This document shows positions 48,936 to 63,751 of a stretch of 64,000 nt of DNA, in pieces. The notes under the pieces were generated by a model. The model did no database searches, was not told the origin of the DNA, and was given only the letters and a program-made list of their open reading frames with translations. Position 1 is the stretch's first letter. The number at the start of each line of letters is the position of its first letter. A program made the position numbers and the translations under genes. The DNA comes from the human T2T-CHM13v2.0 reference genome, Homo sapiens. Location: the NCBI RefSeq assembly GCF_009914755.1, contig NC_060933.1. The stretch is one strand, 5' to 3'.

Positions 48936-49674
48936 GCTATTAAAAAGTTCTGCCAGAGAACAACTTAGCTCCTTTTGATGTCACTTTGAAGATTTAAATT
49001 GCTGTAAGAACTATAAGAACACCCATCCATGACCACATACTAATAAAACAGATATTCAAATGCACATATAAAGAATATTTTTTAAGCTTGAATTCTCACA
49101 TTGAGCACACACACACATGCCCGTGCACACACACACACAATAAAAGCCTGTTCACATTTGTAATCACTTTACATTATCTACATATTTAGATAACTATTTG
49201 TTTGTCTTTTTTTTTTTTCTTGAGAAGCAGAGTGCAAATTAACTGCATTGACTGAACATTGAACTATCTTTTTCATTCCTCTCAGAAGTAATCAGTTCCC
49301 CATGCTGTGTCTGGTCCTTGGTGATTTTGGCAACTCATTAGACCTATAAGCAGTTGTAGGATGGGTTGTATCAGTTGAGTTGGTAGAATGCTGGTGCAAT
49401 CACTGATGTTAATATTGAAGTCATTTACTGACATGATGTCACTGCATAAGTAGTGACCTCATTACCCTGTAATTTATGTTGTTTCCCTTTATTGATTTTT
49501 CAACTACAGTGTGCATGTTTATCTCAATGCTAATATAGTTTTATTTGAGAGATCTTGGAGTCATGAGCCTTTCACGCATTGGTGTCTGGAGTCTTTCAGT
49601 GTTTCTTTCCATATTCTTGAAAGGTGCTTTTTCCCAAACCCTTCTATTAGCAGCCTCCTTACTCTCATGTATAG

Positions 49675-50066
<392 letters not shown>

Positions 50067-50699
50067 ATTTTCACTATTCTTAAAGGAAGCTTTGGTTTAC
50101 AAAGGTTTGCTACTGTACTTCCAGGTTTAAAGTTTCATCTACGTCCTCAGTCACTCAGAAAGGACGTAAAGCACATTAGAAGGTTGAGTCAATGGGGAAA
50201 CAATTACAAAAAACAGTTAATATGTGACTTCTCGTATCTCAAACCAACAGGAAACACTTTCAGATGAACATCTGTTAAATAAAGGTATACTTGTGTTCAG
50301 AATAACGTCCATTGCTTTAGTTTAGCAGGAATGACTTTCAACTTATTAACACTTTCAAGTTAGGTCTGAGAATCTGTATTCTCTCTCTTGAACTCCCTCT
50401 CTCTCATTTTCCATATGCAACTCTGACCATGCATGTGAAGATTTTATTTCAGTAAGTGAAATTTTTAATAAGCTCTTGAGAATAAAATGTTAGGGATAAC
50501 TCAGGAAATTAAAATTCTACTTAAGATAGTTCAGGTAAAGTCTGTTGGAAGTAATTATGCAAAATGTAAACATACATTTAAATGATGTTTTATCTAATAA
50601 TGATTGTTTAGAAGTTTTGGAAATAATTTTCTTTACCTTGATCAAATAAGAATGCAAATCTGAGTAATTCTTAGTGGGCCAATACACTGAGCAATTTTG

Positions 50700-50960
50700 T
50701 GGTAAGTCTAGTTAGTCAAAGCTCTGAGTGTGGCTTATGAAGCTAGATTTTGTGAGCTCAGATCTTGTCGTTACCACTTATAAACTGTATAAGTTAGAAA
50801 GTTATCTAATTTCATTTTTCCTGTTTTCTTATTTGTCACATAGGTAGATGATAATTTAACCTCAGAGGGCTGTTCTGAGGACAAATGAGTTAGTACCTGT
50901 AAATTACTTAGAGCAGGGCTGGGCACATAGCCCTGCTAGCAAGTACTCAGATATTAGTTT
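50700..50960. mobile_element. MIR
   Basis: 'aacctcagagggctgttctgaggacaaatgagttagtacctgtaaattacttagagcagggctgggcacatag'. Confidence 0.7.
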
Positions 50961-51736
50961 TAAAAGACTCAAATCATAGAGCTATATGCTTTTGAAGACG
51001 TTTTGTTTTCCTGCGGTACAGATAGAAACTGCAAATCTTTAAAATATATTTAGACTTTGCTAGCTGACAATTTCTATAACAATACATCATATCATTATAA
51101 ATTGTGATCTTATACTGCAAAATATAGAAGCCACATAAAAGCTTAAATTTATAAGGCTATCTCAGGTACCTATCAGTAATACTATAGACAGCATAGTACA
51201 TAAAAGTGACAACAAGCTTCAGCGTCTCTGCAATAACCATGGAATTCAAAGTTGTCTGAAAAGTAATTTTAAATTTACTAGTTTTCTAGACCTGTGTATA
51301 TGGTAGTGGTGGTGGGGTCATTTATTAGAACAAAAGTTCTTTGTGAAGGCTTTCATGAATAAAAAGACAAAAATTACTCTAAATGTTAGGCTTTTATGTG
51401 TTACTTCATAGTGCATTTTCTAAAAGAAGCAAGTTTCATGTTCTTAATAATTTGAGTCTTGAAACCAGAAGCTTGTTTGCTCCCTGGGTGTACCAATAAC
51501 CATTAACCCATCTAGACCTCAGTTTTTCTCATCTGTACAATGGAGATAATAATACATAGGTTTCTGAGACACAAGTTAGATAATATGTATGAAAACACTA
51601 TTTATATTATAGGATTCATTAGACCACTGTATGACTGTAGTGTTTCTAAAACGTTGAAGTTCTCATGGAAGTTATTTAGGGCTGCATAAATAAACAAGTT
51701 CTGTCATCAAATGAGTTTGGGAAACACTATTGACTT

Positions 51737-52143
51737 GTAGCAGCTACTCTTAGCTCTGGAGGGATTCCTCAGGACTTCCCACTTCCATGCTGGAGCTGAC
51801 TTCCCACTGCCTGTGCTGGAAGTACCCAGAATTCACCCACTTCTGGGGCAAAACCCTTCCAATGCCTGACAGCAGTTTTTGTATAAATCCAGAGCTTTCT
51901 TGCCCCTCAGATGGAATAGATCTAAGGTAGAGATTCTAACCTGTGTCCCAGCATTTCCCTGTGGAATTATGCTCCAGTTGTCCTCAGTACCTGCTGACTT
52001 TATAACACACCCTTGATTGCTTGTCTTTTCTTCCTTTTTCACTTTTCCATTCCCTACCCTTGTTTTCTGCACCTCCTGCAAATACCACTAGCATTTGAAT
52101 CCTCTTCTTATGGTCTGCTTCTGGGGGATCCCAAACTAAGACA
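51737..52143 (+). mobile_element. LTR16-like ERVL LTR
   Basis: 3' end 'gcatttgaatcct...ggtctgcttctgggggatcccaaactaagaca'. Confidence 0.65.
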
Positions 52144-53385
52144 ATAGAATAGCATCCTTTGTGGAAATTCACAATTACTTTTGCATATTAAAGACTTGGA
52201 GAAGCCCAGAAACACTAACTCACTGACATTTCACAGATTTTAGTCTTCCAACCTTCCTTACATCATCTGTCAAAAGAGGAGTTTTGGTCAGGTTAGTGGT
52301 TTTCAATCACTTTTTATCAATTATAAACCTTTAAAGACTGAAATATTATGTGGAATTGCAAATTACAAGGTATATATTTTGCATATGTATATGTATAAAA
52401 TTATTTTATGTATGTAATTCATAACACTAACTTATTATAAATAAATCAATGAGAACAATCTAGCTATTTGGAATAACACCTGAACTTTAAAACTGGGATT
52501 GTAAACAGCAATTGAAGTTTTTATCAGTCTCATCATTGAATTTATTTTTATATTTTATTTGTTTTGACAATGTTGGAATGTTACAATTAAATGCTTACAA
52601 GTTGTACCAGTGTTTAAATGGTCTGTTTTGCAATTTCAGAAGTATTTTCAATTGAACTGAATCAAAACCTTGAAAGAGGTGGTAGAAACTGTTAACACCA
52701 AAGTTAAATCAATGCCAAAGTATATGAACTGTCATACACCATTATTAGTAAGCTTCCAACTAAGAGTAAGTTCATGCTCATGTGCCTAAGTCAGTCATAT
52801 TCACTTCTTTTATAGGGATATATGTTTCTAATATTCTTTATATCATCAAGAAATATTTAAAATAGTAATTTATATACTTTACATATTTTAGTGCCTTTGC
52901 TTGTTAGAAATCCAAAAATTTTCCACCAGTCAGTTTTACAGATATTTATGCTTAGCATATTATATTCAAAGACTTAGTTTGTGTCATTTCCCCATAAAAT
53001 ATCTGTAGTTGTAAGTCCTGTGACATTATAACCCTAACATGCCAAACTGAACTTGTTCCACTTGTTAAATATATCAGGTAGTGGAATCATATTGTGTTTG
53101 GAATATGCTTAGTTAATGAGGTTTATTTTATAAACAAACATACATCTGCATTTTCATTAGAAATAATCATATAATACATGTGCTTATTTTGATTAACATA
53201 CCTAGTTAGGTTCCCTACGAAATGTGAATTACACTATTCTAGGCCATTAGAATCACAGATAATTCCCAAACTAGAAAATATAAAGAGAACACTTATTTGT
53301 GTGGCTTGTCCAGCTCTATTTGAATATCCTGGCATACAGCATCAGGGCTCATCTACACAATACATAGTTGAATATATTTTAGTAA

Positions 53386-54008
<623 letters not shown>

Positions 54009-54636
54009 TTTAGTAACCATTTTAATACAAGCTTTAGCTCCTGTGTGTCACATCATTTTTCAGACTGATGCTATATTAAAAATGGGACTAAATGCTTAAA
54101 ATTTTTTTCTATTTTGTCTGTGTACAGTGTTTTTACAAAGTAACACATCTATCTTTTCTTCCATGAAGTTATATAAAAATGAGCAAGGAAAGCTCTGCAA
54201 TACCTTTTATCTCTGGCCAATTGATTTGTAAAGAAATGCACTAATGGGGGACTTTAAATTACTTCTTCATGTACCTTCTTTTTTATCTGAATTTTATTTT
54301 TCACATAAGGATACAAATTTTATTATTCTGCTCCATGCCGTCATAACATGCTTTGGAATGCCAACAGAGCAGGCTTTAGTAAACTCCACCTTGACCACCT
54401 CAGTGTTACAGTATGCTTCTCTATGTGTATTTATTATTCTATTTTTTTTTTTTTTACTTTGGATGATTCTTTAAGTGCATTTTCATTGTCAGATTTTAAT
54501 TTTGTTTGTGTGTCTGCAAAGGCACATCCTCAAAGCTTGGCCTCCACAGGAAGCATTTTAAGATTCTCTTCCTTATAAGAAATTACAAATGAAATTAAAA
54601 ATCAAGATTTCTTGAGTTCTCTCCTTCATTAAAAAA

Positions 54637-54930
<294 letters not shown>

Positions 54931-55641
54931 CCACTTTCACTTTTATTATTCAGAGATTGTGTTTGTTTCCTGGGACCAGATATAGAAGATTTTGCCCCAG
55001 GCTTGTCATCTATGAAATAAAATTAGTGCTGCTCTCTCAAATCAAACATGGAGAGGATAAAATAAATGCCTTACAGTGCCCTTTGAAGACACAAAGGAAC
55101 CAAATCTAATATTTAATTATGATGTTTGTAAACTAGAAGGACAGAGATGGCTAGGTTGTTGGGAGAATTAGCAAAAATTATTTAGTACCAATTAAAGTAA
55201 CAGAGCTCTGAAATAAAATTTATGTATTTGTAATGTATATTCAGCAAATATTTATTATTTATGTCATGCACTGTCTAGGCTCTAAAATACAATTGATAAC
55301 AAGATAATCACCCTCTCTTTCCTTCTTAGATCTTACAGTTTTCAGTGTTACAATAAGGAAGTACAAGGTGGTATGGGAGCATATTATGGGAAAAACTAAC
55401 ATGGTTTACCTGGTAAAGGGAAGACCATGTTAGTTTATTTTAAGTTCGTTAGAATATTTATGCCATGAAATTTCATCCACAGTAATTGGGATCCATATGT
55501 TAGAAGCCATTTTCTCAGGTTTCAGAAAACCATCACGTATAGGTCATGCATCTTGGTAGAGTCAATGGTTTTGAATTAGCACTGTGTCTGGGTTTACGTA
55601 TGTCATTAAGTTAAAACTAAGTTCTACATTCAGAACTGATA

Positions 55642-55732
55642 TAGGTTCTAATTACTTTTGGTGCAAAAGTAATTGTGGTTTTTTGCCACAATTAAAATGG
55701 CAAAACTATAATTACTTTTGCACCGACCTCAT
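55642..55732. mobile_element. MADE1 (Hsmar1-derived palindromic MITE) within a MIR
   Basis: TIRs 'ggtgcaaaagtaattg' and 'aattacttttgcacc'. Confidence 0.9.
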
Positions 55733-58030
55733 AATATCATTGACTCTCGGAGAGAGCTTAGACCTCAGTTTCAAATGCAGAACTGAATTATTATCTGCTT
55801 CATTCACACTCTAGAAATGGATGATTGTGAAATAACTGCAATTGTATTAAAATAGTCACAATGGAATTAGAGAGCTGCTGAATAATAGTTTTAGTACATA
55901 AATGTCTCTGCTTCCTCCTCAGAAGCCAAATAGGCTTTCTTATAATGTGTTGATTCAGGTTAGGATAGCCGGAATGTTATGAATGAGAAAACTGGATTTG
56001 GAAAGAAGTCTTCAGTACATATTTAATCTGCCTGATACTGGTAGTAACTTTTTCTCTCACTTTATTAACAAGGATATGTAATAACATATCTTACCTTACT
56101 CCCTCCAATTCCTAAACTCGTAATTTCAGACTTAGGTCTTAGTGTTCCTGAATGTGTCACTAATCAATTTTCTGAAAAGTCTTACAGTACCACTAATTTA
56201 TGAAAGAGATAGTGTGGGTTTTCTGATGGGCTGCTTTAAGCTGCTGGGGTGTGGCATTTGTATCACTGTTCCAAGAGAAGAGAGGCAGAAAAAAGCGAGT
56301 GGGTGGGTAACCCAAGGCTCCTTTTCACCTACTTTGGGTTTTTCCTGGGGCCAGGCTTGTGTGTGAGACATGTTAAAGCTAAACTTTCAGGTCTTTTTAT
56401 TATTGCTATAAAAATTTGCATATGGTCCTGTTAGAAAAGGAAGAACAAGGAAAAATAAGCAGATGAAAAACAGGTCCATGGGTAAAGACATTTTCAAGTA
56501 TTTCTGAGATCAATCACTCCACTTCCTATGTTTTATAGTTAGGGAAACTCAGCCCAACAAAGTAGATATATATTTATTCTTGAAATCAGAAACCAAATAA
56601 AAAGTTTTTGTTGTTTATTTTGAATTAACAACAAACTTTTTCTTCCTTTTTCCCCTTTGCTGAAAACATAAGAAAAATCATTTGTTGAATTAATCTAACC
56701 TCGGGTAAATAGCTATGACTCTCCCATGATGTGTGATCTCTAGGAGTCTTAACATTTTCTAGGTCTCTAATTCATGCAACAAATATTTCTAAGTGTGTAT
56801 GTGAGGGTGGGTGGGTGGATGTTAGTGGTGGTAACCACACACATGTATTTAGAATATCCAAGATGCATTTGGCCCTAAGCAATTCCTTCTTCACCTAGTT
56901 TCTAAACCCATGTGTATTTCAAGAGAATCTTAATCCATATGTTCCTGATTTACTTTCACTTAGTCATCTGCATGTTGTTGTTAAGAGTCCTTTGATGTGT
57001 AAGAAGACTTATGAGCAATTTTTATGGCCTCTACGGGCCTTTGTTCTTTCAAGAGGCAAGATGTGCTTTGCTTGCATGGATGGCACTCTTAGTGTAACAA
57101 TCCAAAAATTCCCTAAAATTTGGAAAGAAGACAGGGAATCCTAATCTGGACCAAAGGCCCATTCTTTTTCTCAAGGCCAAAACTTTAGAGAAAAGGTCTC
57201 ATCTGACTCAAGAGAGGAATATGCTGTCAGCATTCCAGCATCACTTTATTTTGTGCTTTGATCCTTCTGTGTTGGTGCAAAGTGATTCCTCTTGGCTCTT
57301 TGGGAGGGATAGTTTATTAAAATATTATTTTGTGCTTATGATCCCTTCATTTTTTGTCTTTCCTCACTTCACATGGGGGACCAGGCCTTTAATAATCCCC
57401 TGCCTCAGAGAATGGTTTTTTTTTTTTTTCTTTTGGTAGGGTTGAGAGCAGAATCCTAAACTTATTAAAGTCATTACCCCATTTAAGTTGTAATTAGATA
57501 GCCCTGAAAGTATGGAGAGAGAGAGGGAATTATTTTTTAAGGCAGGGAGTCCAGGAAGGGTCATCCTTTTGGCTGAGATGGCAAAAGAGAATAATAGGTC
57601 CATTTGGAATGAGGCTCATATCCCACTTCTGGCAAAGTCCTGGAGAGGTGACAAAATCTCAGAAGCGATGACGAACGGAAGCACTGGGAGTTGCATCCTG
57701 AGTTTAGGAGTTCCAAATGTGGTCCAGTTTCCTATATTCCATGCAAGGCAGAGAAGCAGCTAAGCTGCCTGTGACCTACAGGAACCTTATGGACTGGCTC
57801 ACTGGGCATCTCAGGAGGGACCAGTGTGAACAGTGTGAGAATTCCCTGACACTTTGGTGCTACACAACACCTTGGGACCTCTTCTCTCTGTAGGGGCAAT
57901 AATGACTAACACTGAATTTTCTTCAGTACAGTAGAATGAAGCTGTTATCAGATTGAAGATGACAAAGAAAATGTGGACATGTGACATACCTGAGTCTGTA
58001 ATAAGATTTATTTGTGCTACACTCACTTGT

Positions 58031-58339
58031 ATTTATTTATTTATTTATTTGAGTCAGGGTCTTGCTTTGTTTCCCAGGCTGGAGTGCAGTGTCAAGATCA
58101 CACCTCACTGCTGCTTGAATCTTCCAGGCTCAAGTGATTCTCTCATCTCAGCCTCCCTAGTAGCTGGGACTGCAGGCCACCATGGTCAGCTATTTTTGTT
58201 TGTTTGTTTGTTTGTTTTTCAGCAGAGACAAGGTCTTGCTATGTTGTCCAGGCTCGTCTTGAACTCCTAAGCTCAAGCAATCCTCCCATCTCAGCCTCCC
58301 AAAGTGCTTGGATTACAGGCGTGAGCTACCATACCCAGC
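58031..58339 (-). mobile_element. AluJ
   Basis: Diverged dimer 'gctatgttgtccaggctcgtcttgaactcctaagctcaagc'. Confidence 0.88.
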
Positions 58340-58539
58340 TCTTTTTATTTTTGAATACTATAAATATCAGTCCATCTCCTAGGTGATACTATCAGGCTTT
58401 GGACTGGGGGAGGTGGTCAATGATATAAAAGAAGCTGCCCTCCCTGCCTTCAAGTTACTTATAACAGAGTCATAAACAGAGGCAAGGCTGTCACACTGAT
58501 TTTTGTCAACTTTTATAAAATGCCTTAATAAATTCTAAG

Positions 58540-58750
58540 CACGATAATAATTGCTTTAAATGGATTATGTCATTTAATCTTTGCAATAATTCTACAAAGC
58601 AGAAACTTTTATTATCCTCATTTTACAGATAAGGAAGCTGAGGTTTAGAAAGAAGGCAACTTCCCAAATATCATGCAGCTGGTAAATGATCAAGCCAGGA
58701 CCTGATCTGAGTCAATTTGATTCTGGTTTCTATGCTCTTAATCCCAATTT
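58540..58750. mobile_element. MIR
   Basis: 'cctcattttacagataaggaagctgaggtttagaa'. Confidence 0.75.
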
Positions 58751-59673
58751 TATACTATAACACCCCACTTTCAATACTAGACAGATCAACGAGGCAGAAG
58801 GTTAACAAGGATATCCAGCTAGCTTTTGATAAGCTATAAACTAGTTCCTATAATTAAATGTGGTGGAGGACAGGAAGAGGGAGTGACCAAGTTAAAAAAG
58901 AAGAGTTCAGTGAAGGCTGGAGTGACCAGGGATGGGCTCATGAGGAGATGAGGTTTAAAATGAGTCATAGAGCAGTAAGCTTGTAATATAACTTAAATAC
59001 CATCTAATTTGTTCACTGACCTTTACAGATATGGAAACTGAGCCCTCACACATGGACTGAATTCTGACAAGCAGAGGATAAAGGCAGAACAACATGACTG
59101 AAGGTATGGAGGTGGGGTTGCTTATAGCATAGTCATTTTTACGGTAAGAAATCAAGCCAGAGTACAACAGAAAGTGATTTGGGCAGAGACGTAAGTTACA
59201 GTCAACACTGTAGGACAGTGTGGTGGGCAGAAATTGTAGAGATCTGTGAACTGTAGGCCATAACCCTGGACATTATCTCAAAATATATTTCCGACCTTAG
59301 TGTCTTGAGCGTTTGTCAAAAATATTTATTTCTGGATCCCACGATATATCTAAATCAGAAATTTTATCTTGATAGAAGTTGGTTTTCGGCATTTTTCACA
59401 GGCCCTCCACTCCAGCGTCCTAGTGATTCAGATATTCACTGAAGTTTAAAAGCTATTGCTGTGGACAGTGGGGTCAGGTACATGGCAGTCACAGGAGATT
59501 CTGGGACAGAGAACAGGCCTATGAGAACTTATTGTGGTAGAACATGGATTGGAGACTATCATGATCAGCCCAGATATGGATGTCATTTAGGATACAGCAC
59601 AGGGCTTATTGTCTTGGAAATAGCCTAGTGTCTAAGAGAACAAATAGAAACAGCTGAATAAAGCTTCATTTGG

Positions 59674-59713
59674 AAAACAAAACAAAACAAAACAAAACAA
59701 AACAAAACAAAAA
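59674..59713. repeat. (AAAAC)n microsatellite
   Basis: About 7-8 AAAAC units seen directly. Confidence 0.95.
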
Positions 59714-59739
59714 ACTAATAGACTTGGTGACCAGATAGA

Positions 59740-60428
59740 GTGTTCAAATCATTTACTAGTCCTGTCATCTGTAGCTCATAAATAGTTCTCAGCTGCTACT
59801 AGCTTTCTCCATTCTTATATCTTAGGCCTACCTTATTGCTGCTGTCTTTCTTGCTATTTTCCCTAATTTAATCCTGTCTGCTGCCCCGTCCCCATGCATT
59901 CCTCACTGTTGAGAGAGTGACGATTGTAAAATGCAAAACCTGCCATGTGACTGGTCTGCTTAAAAGTGTTTAACGCTTTTCTGTTGCTCTCAGAATAACT
60001 TAAATTTACTTAAAAAGCATACAGGGCCCTTCATGGTTTATCCTTTATGACTTCTGAACTCCTTTTTCTCTTGCCACTCCTTGTACCTCTTGGTCTCAGC
60101 TATGCTAAACTTGGATATCCTTTTCACAACTCTGAATCTTTGCACATGTTCTGCTCTCTCTTTCTGGAACACTGTTCCCCTCCTCTCTTCTCTAGTTAAC
60201 TTAGATTTCATATCCTCCTGTAAGCCTTCCTTGACCACCACCACCCTGCTCCAGATGGGTTTAGGACCTCCTCCTTTGTGTTCCCATTGCACTCTGTTTT
60301 TTCACCTAATGTACAAGCTCCTTGAGGGAAGGCCATGTCTTATTGACGATTGTAACCTGGCAGCTAGTATGGTGCCTAGACCATATAGGTCCACATGAAA
60401 TGTTTGTTCAATGAATGAACAAATGAGT
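59740..60428. mobile_element. L2 3' region
   Basis: 'aagctccttgagggaaggcc...ggtgcctagaccatatagg...aatgtttgttcaatgaatgaac'. Confidence 0.7.
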
Positions 60429-61282
60429 ACTCAAAAGAGAAGGAGGAGCCAAAGATTTCACCAAGGTTTCATGCCCCATTACCTGAAGGAATGATGATGT
60501 CAGAGCTCTTACTCATCTCTTCAACAAATTCTACCTTAATCTCAAAGAAGATACAGGGTCCTTTTCTTTGTCAGGGCAAAAATATAGTAACAAAAACTCC
60601 AAAATCTAAACCATTTTAACTGTACCTGTTTCTTGAGCACTTAGAAGTTGACAGCTCTTCCAATCAGAGGAATAATGGTCAGATTGTATGTGACAAGACT
60701 GAACCTAGTATTATCAATTCTATCTTGGATAAATCATGTTAAGACAGAGGGCTACCCAGTTTTTCATTAAATCGCAGGGTTTTGCCATTTAAAAAGAACC
60801 TTTGTTCCACTGGGAGAGGGTAAGGCAGGGAACAGGGTGCCTTGATCCTGGGAAGAAGCAGCAACCTACTTTGTGTGTTGACTTTCTGTTTGTGAGATAT
60901 ATAGTCAGCATTTCTAATGAATCTGCTTGAAGCGGCTGGAATATTATGATTTATAGCACCTTCCCACTCTCTATCATAGCATTTTATTAGATGGATGGGA
61001 AGCTGGTAGTAATGAGGTTAGGAATGAGAAAACATCCATCAAGCCCTGCTACATCTTCTCAGGAAAGACAACACACTATCTCATATGTCACAGGCAGTGA
61101 TCTAGGTCACGATGATATAAAATGCATGATTAAAACCAAGCATTTGACACTAGATAATAGGCATCTAGTTAAAAAATAGCTCTAGTGTTCCCGACTTTTA
61201 ATTAAACCCAACTCGTAAATATGCACTGTGGTAAATATACTGCAGAATGGGGCTTGTTTATATTCCACCACATAACAATTAC

Positions 61283-61335
61283 CTCCAGAATGGGTGCTTT
61301 ATTTCACTACATGGTGTTATTAGTCAGGCGATGGA
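61283..61335 (-). other. Candidate terminal exon containing stop codon(s) and AATAAA
   Basis: Minus strand: branch-like cttaac, 'atttgtatttcag|TCCATCGCCTGACTAATAACACCATGTAGTGAAATAAAGC', followed by GU-rich 'gttatgtggtgg'; a gag|gtaatt donor is also present. Confidence 0.35.
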
Positions 61336-61528
61336 CTGAAATACAAATGTTAAGCCAGTGATGTCAGACAGGCATGCCAGAGCAGAATCATCCACCGACT
61401 CCTGCTGTCCCCTCCCACCTTCCTTGTTTTCCTCCTCCTTCCCTCTCCAATATCCTTTCACCCTCTCTACAAAGTTATCAATTTAAAATGAAACACATTT
61501 AGTCATTTCCAGCAATCTCTCACCATAC

Positions 61529-61549
61529 CTTTGATTGCATCTGTCATAA
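61529..61549 (-). other. Candidate 21-nt micro-exon
   Basis: Minus strand: 'attctctcttccag|TTATGACAGATGCAATCAAAG|gtatgg'. Confidence 0.4.
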
Positions 61550-61810
61550 CTGGAAGAGAGAATATGTTTTAAATGCATAACTCTGGCATTCAGTAAATCC
61601 GTCCTATTAACAGGTTTATTCTTTGACAGAGGATTCATTTCTGAGAAAGTTTTAAAGATATCAAATCTGGAACTAATTAGTAATGCTATTATAAAATTAG
61701 ATGATGAGGGGGTGGGGAACAGGCTAATAAAGCAGTCTAAAAATTTTTTATTAGGTACTTGGAAATTCTTGGCTGATAGAATGGACCATGAACGGAGCAC
61801 TGGTGTAGGA

Positions 61811-61812
<2 letters not shown>

Positions 61813-61868
<56 letters not shown>

Positions 61869-61993
61869 ATCTTTTAGAGAAGGGATCTTGCTTTGTTGCC
61901 CAGCCTTGTTTTGAACTCCTGGGCTCAAGCAATTCTCCTGCCTTAGCCTCTGAAGTAGCTGGGACTACATACACGTGCCACTGTGCCAAGCCA
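61813..61993 (-). mobile_element. FLAM-like Alu monomer with (TCTG)n(TCTA)n STR tail
   Basis: Single monomer; TSD aggatct on both sides; ~10 TCTA units at 61826-61868. Confidence 0.8.
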
Positions 61994-62141
61994 GGATCTA
62001 GATTTAACTCTAACATTAATTGATCACTTGACATTTGTCTTAAGATGAAACTTTGATGAGTTTTCAAATTTGAAAAATGAGGGGATTAGGTAAGATCTTT
62101 TCTAATATCTCTTCCCCTCTAGTGTCTATGAATCTGTTAAA

Positions 62142-62306
62142 TCACTGTGTCCAAACTTCAATGTCATACAGATCTCTTTGGGATCTTGTTAAGATGCAGA
62201 TTTTGATTCAGCAGGTCTGAGATGGGACCTGACATTCTGCATTTCTGACAAGCTCCCAGGAAATGCTGATGCCGTTGGTCCACAGACTACACTTTGAGTA
62301 GCAAGT
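62142..62306. mobile_element. MER5A
   Basis: 'gatgcagattttgattcagcaggtctgagatggg...cacactttgagtagca'-like sequence. Confidence 0.8.
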
Positions 62307-62916
62307 TGTTAAAATACAAGGATTATTTTTCACTGTTGCAACTTTTAAACTTCTGGGTCTTTCTTTTTCTCTCTCTCCAGTGTAATTACTTATTATTTAT
62401 GTAATGTCCATAAAACACCTACCTTCTTTAAATGGTATGATGTTAGAACTGCTATCTTTTGGCTAACAGTATTAAGATCATTTCTGAATATATGATTACC
62501 CTCATGAAGTTCAGTTCAATTCAGTTAATATTTCTCAAGTGTCACAATCTAATTTAGTAACCTATCCTTGTGATCAGACAACTCTCTGTCAAAGCAATTT
62601 CTCATCCCTTTAGATCCAACATGTTCACATTTAAGCTCTTTTATCTTTCTCTGATTTCAAAGGCGATGAGGAACAGCTGATCACCTGTGGAAGTCATTTG
62701 TCCTAAATTGTCATGGACAGACCATGTGCCTTACAGCAAGAAAATTCTGTGAATAAACAGGAAGCCAGCCAGCCAGGTGTGTCCCCTAAGACTTGTGTCT
62801 CCCCAGAATGGAGGAGCAAATGGTTTCATACCCAGGATAGTCAAGCTGTTAACCAGCCACAAACAACTGTGTCTGGGTTGTTCTGTGCTGCCTGTGTGCA
62901 CTTGGAATAAGGAGAG

Positions 62917-63270
62917 TGTATTAGTCTGTTCTGAGGCTGCTGTGAAGAACTACTGGCGAGTGGGTGATTTATAAAAGAAAGAGGTTTATTTGACTCACAG
63001 TTCCACATGGGGAGGCCTCAGGAAACTTACAGTCATGTCAGAAGGCACCTCTTCACAGGGTGGCAGGAGAGCAAATGAGAGCCAAGTGAAGAGGGAAGCC
63101 CCTTGTAAAACCATCAGATCTCATGAGAACTTACTATCACAGGAATAGCATGGGGGAAACTGCCCCCATGATTCAATTACCTTCTACCAGGTCCCTCCCA
63201 TGACTCCTGGGGATTATGGAAACCACAATTCAAGATTAGGTTTGGGTGGAGACACAGCCAAACCATATCA
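62917..63270 (-). mobile_element. THE1C-like solo LTR
   Basis: TG/CA ends; perfect TSD gagag. Confidence 0.92.
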
Positions 63271-63751
63271 GAGAGTTTCTTCCTGCATGAGATTTAACTT
63301 ATTATTTTATTTCTTTTTAATGTGAAGATCACACCTCTATTCTCCTTTCCTTTATTTTCATTCAGTTTTGATGTGATTGCCATAATTATGTGTCAGCTAT
63401 TACCGAGCACATTCTCATTACTCCATTTTTTGCTAGGATTGCTGGTACTGCATACCCTTTTGTTGATTAGTGAACTCTGAGGAGACTTCCTTGCACATGT
63501 CATGCTTTAGAGACAGTCTGATTTTACCTGATGAGTGATACTCAAAAGAACTATTATTTTGAACCAATTCACAAAATTAACATGTGATTTCAATTGGATT
63601 TTCCTAATGCAGTATTAGGAAATATATTAGGAAATATCAGTCATTAGGAAATATCAGTCATTATTTAACAAGAATACCAAAAAGAAAGAAAACAGTTATG
63701 AATCAATATTGTGCTTTCAGCTCTTAAAGATAGGAACCATGGTTTTTCTAA

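Noticed and set aside
50120-50283. Plus-strand exon-like segment (ttccag...aaag|gtatac)
   Set aside because: All three frames contain stops over the full length, splice signals are weak, and no peptide is recognisable.
52640-52747. Plus-strand exon-like segment (tttcag...gtaagc)
   Set aside because: Stops occur in all three frames and there is no partner exon; non-coding use cannot be assessed from sequence.
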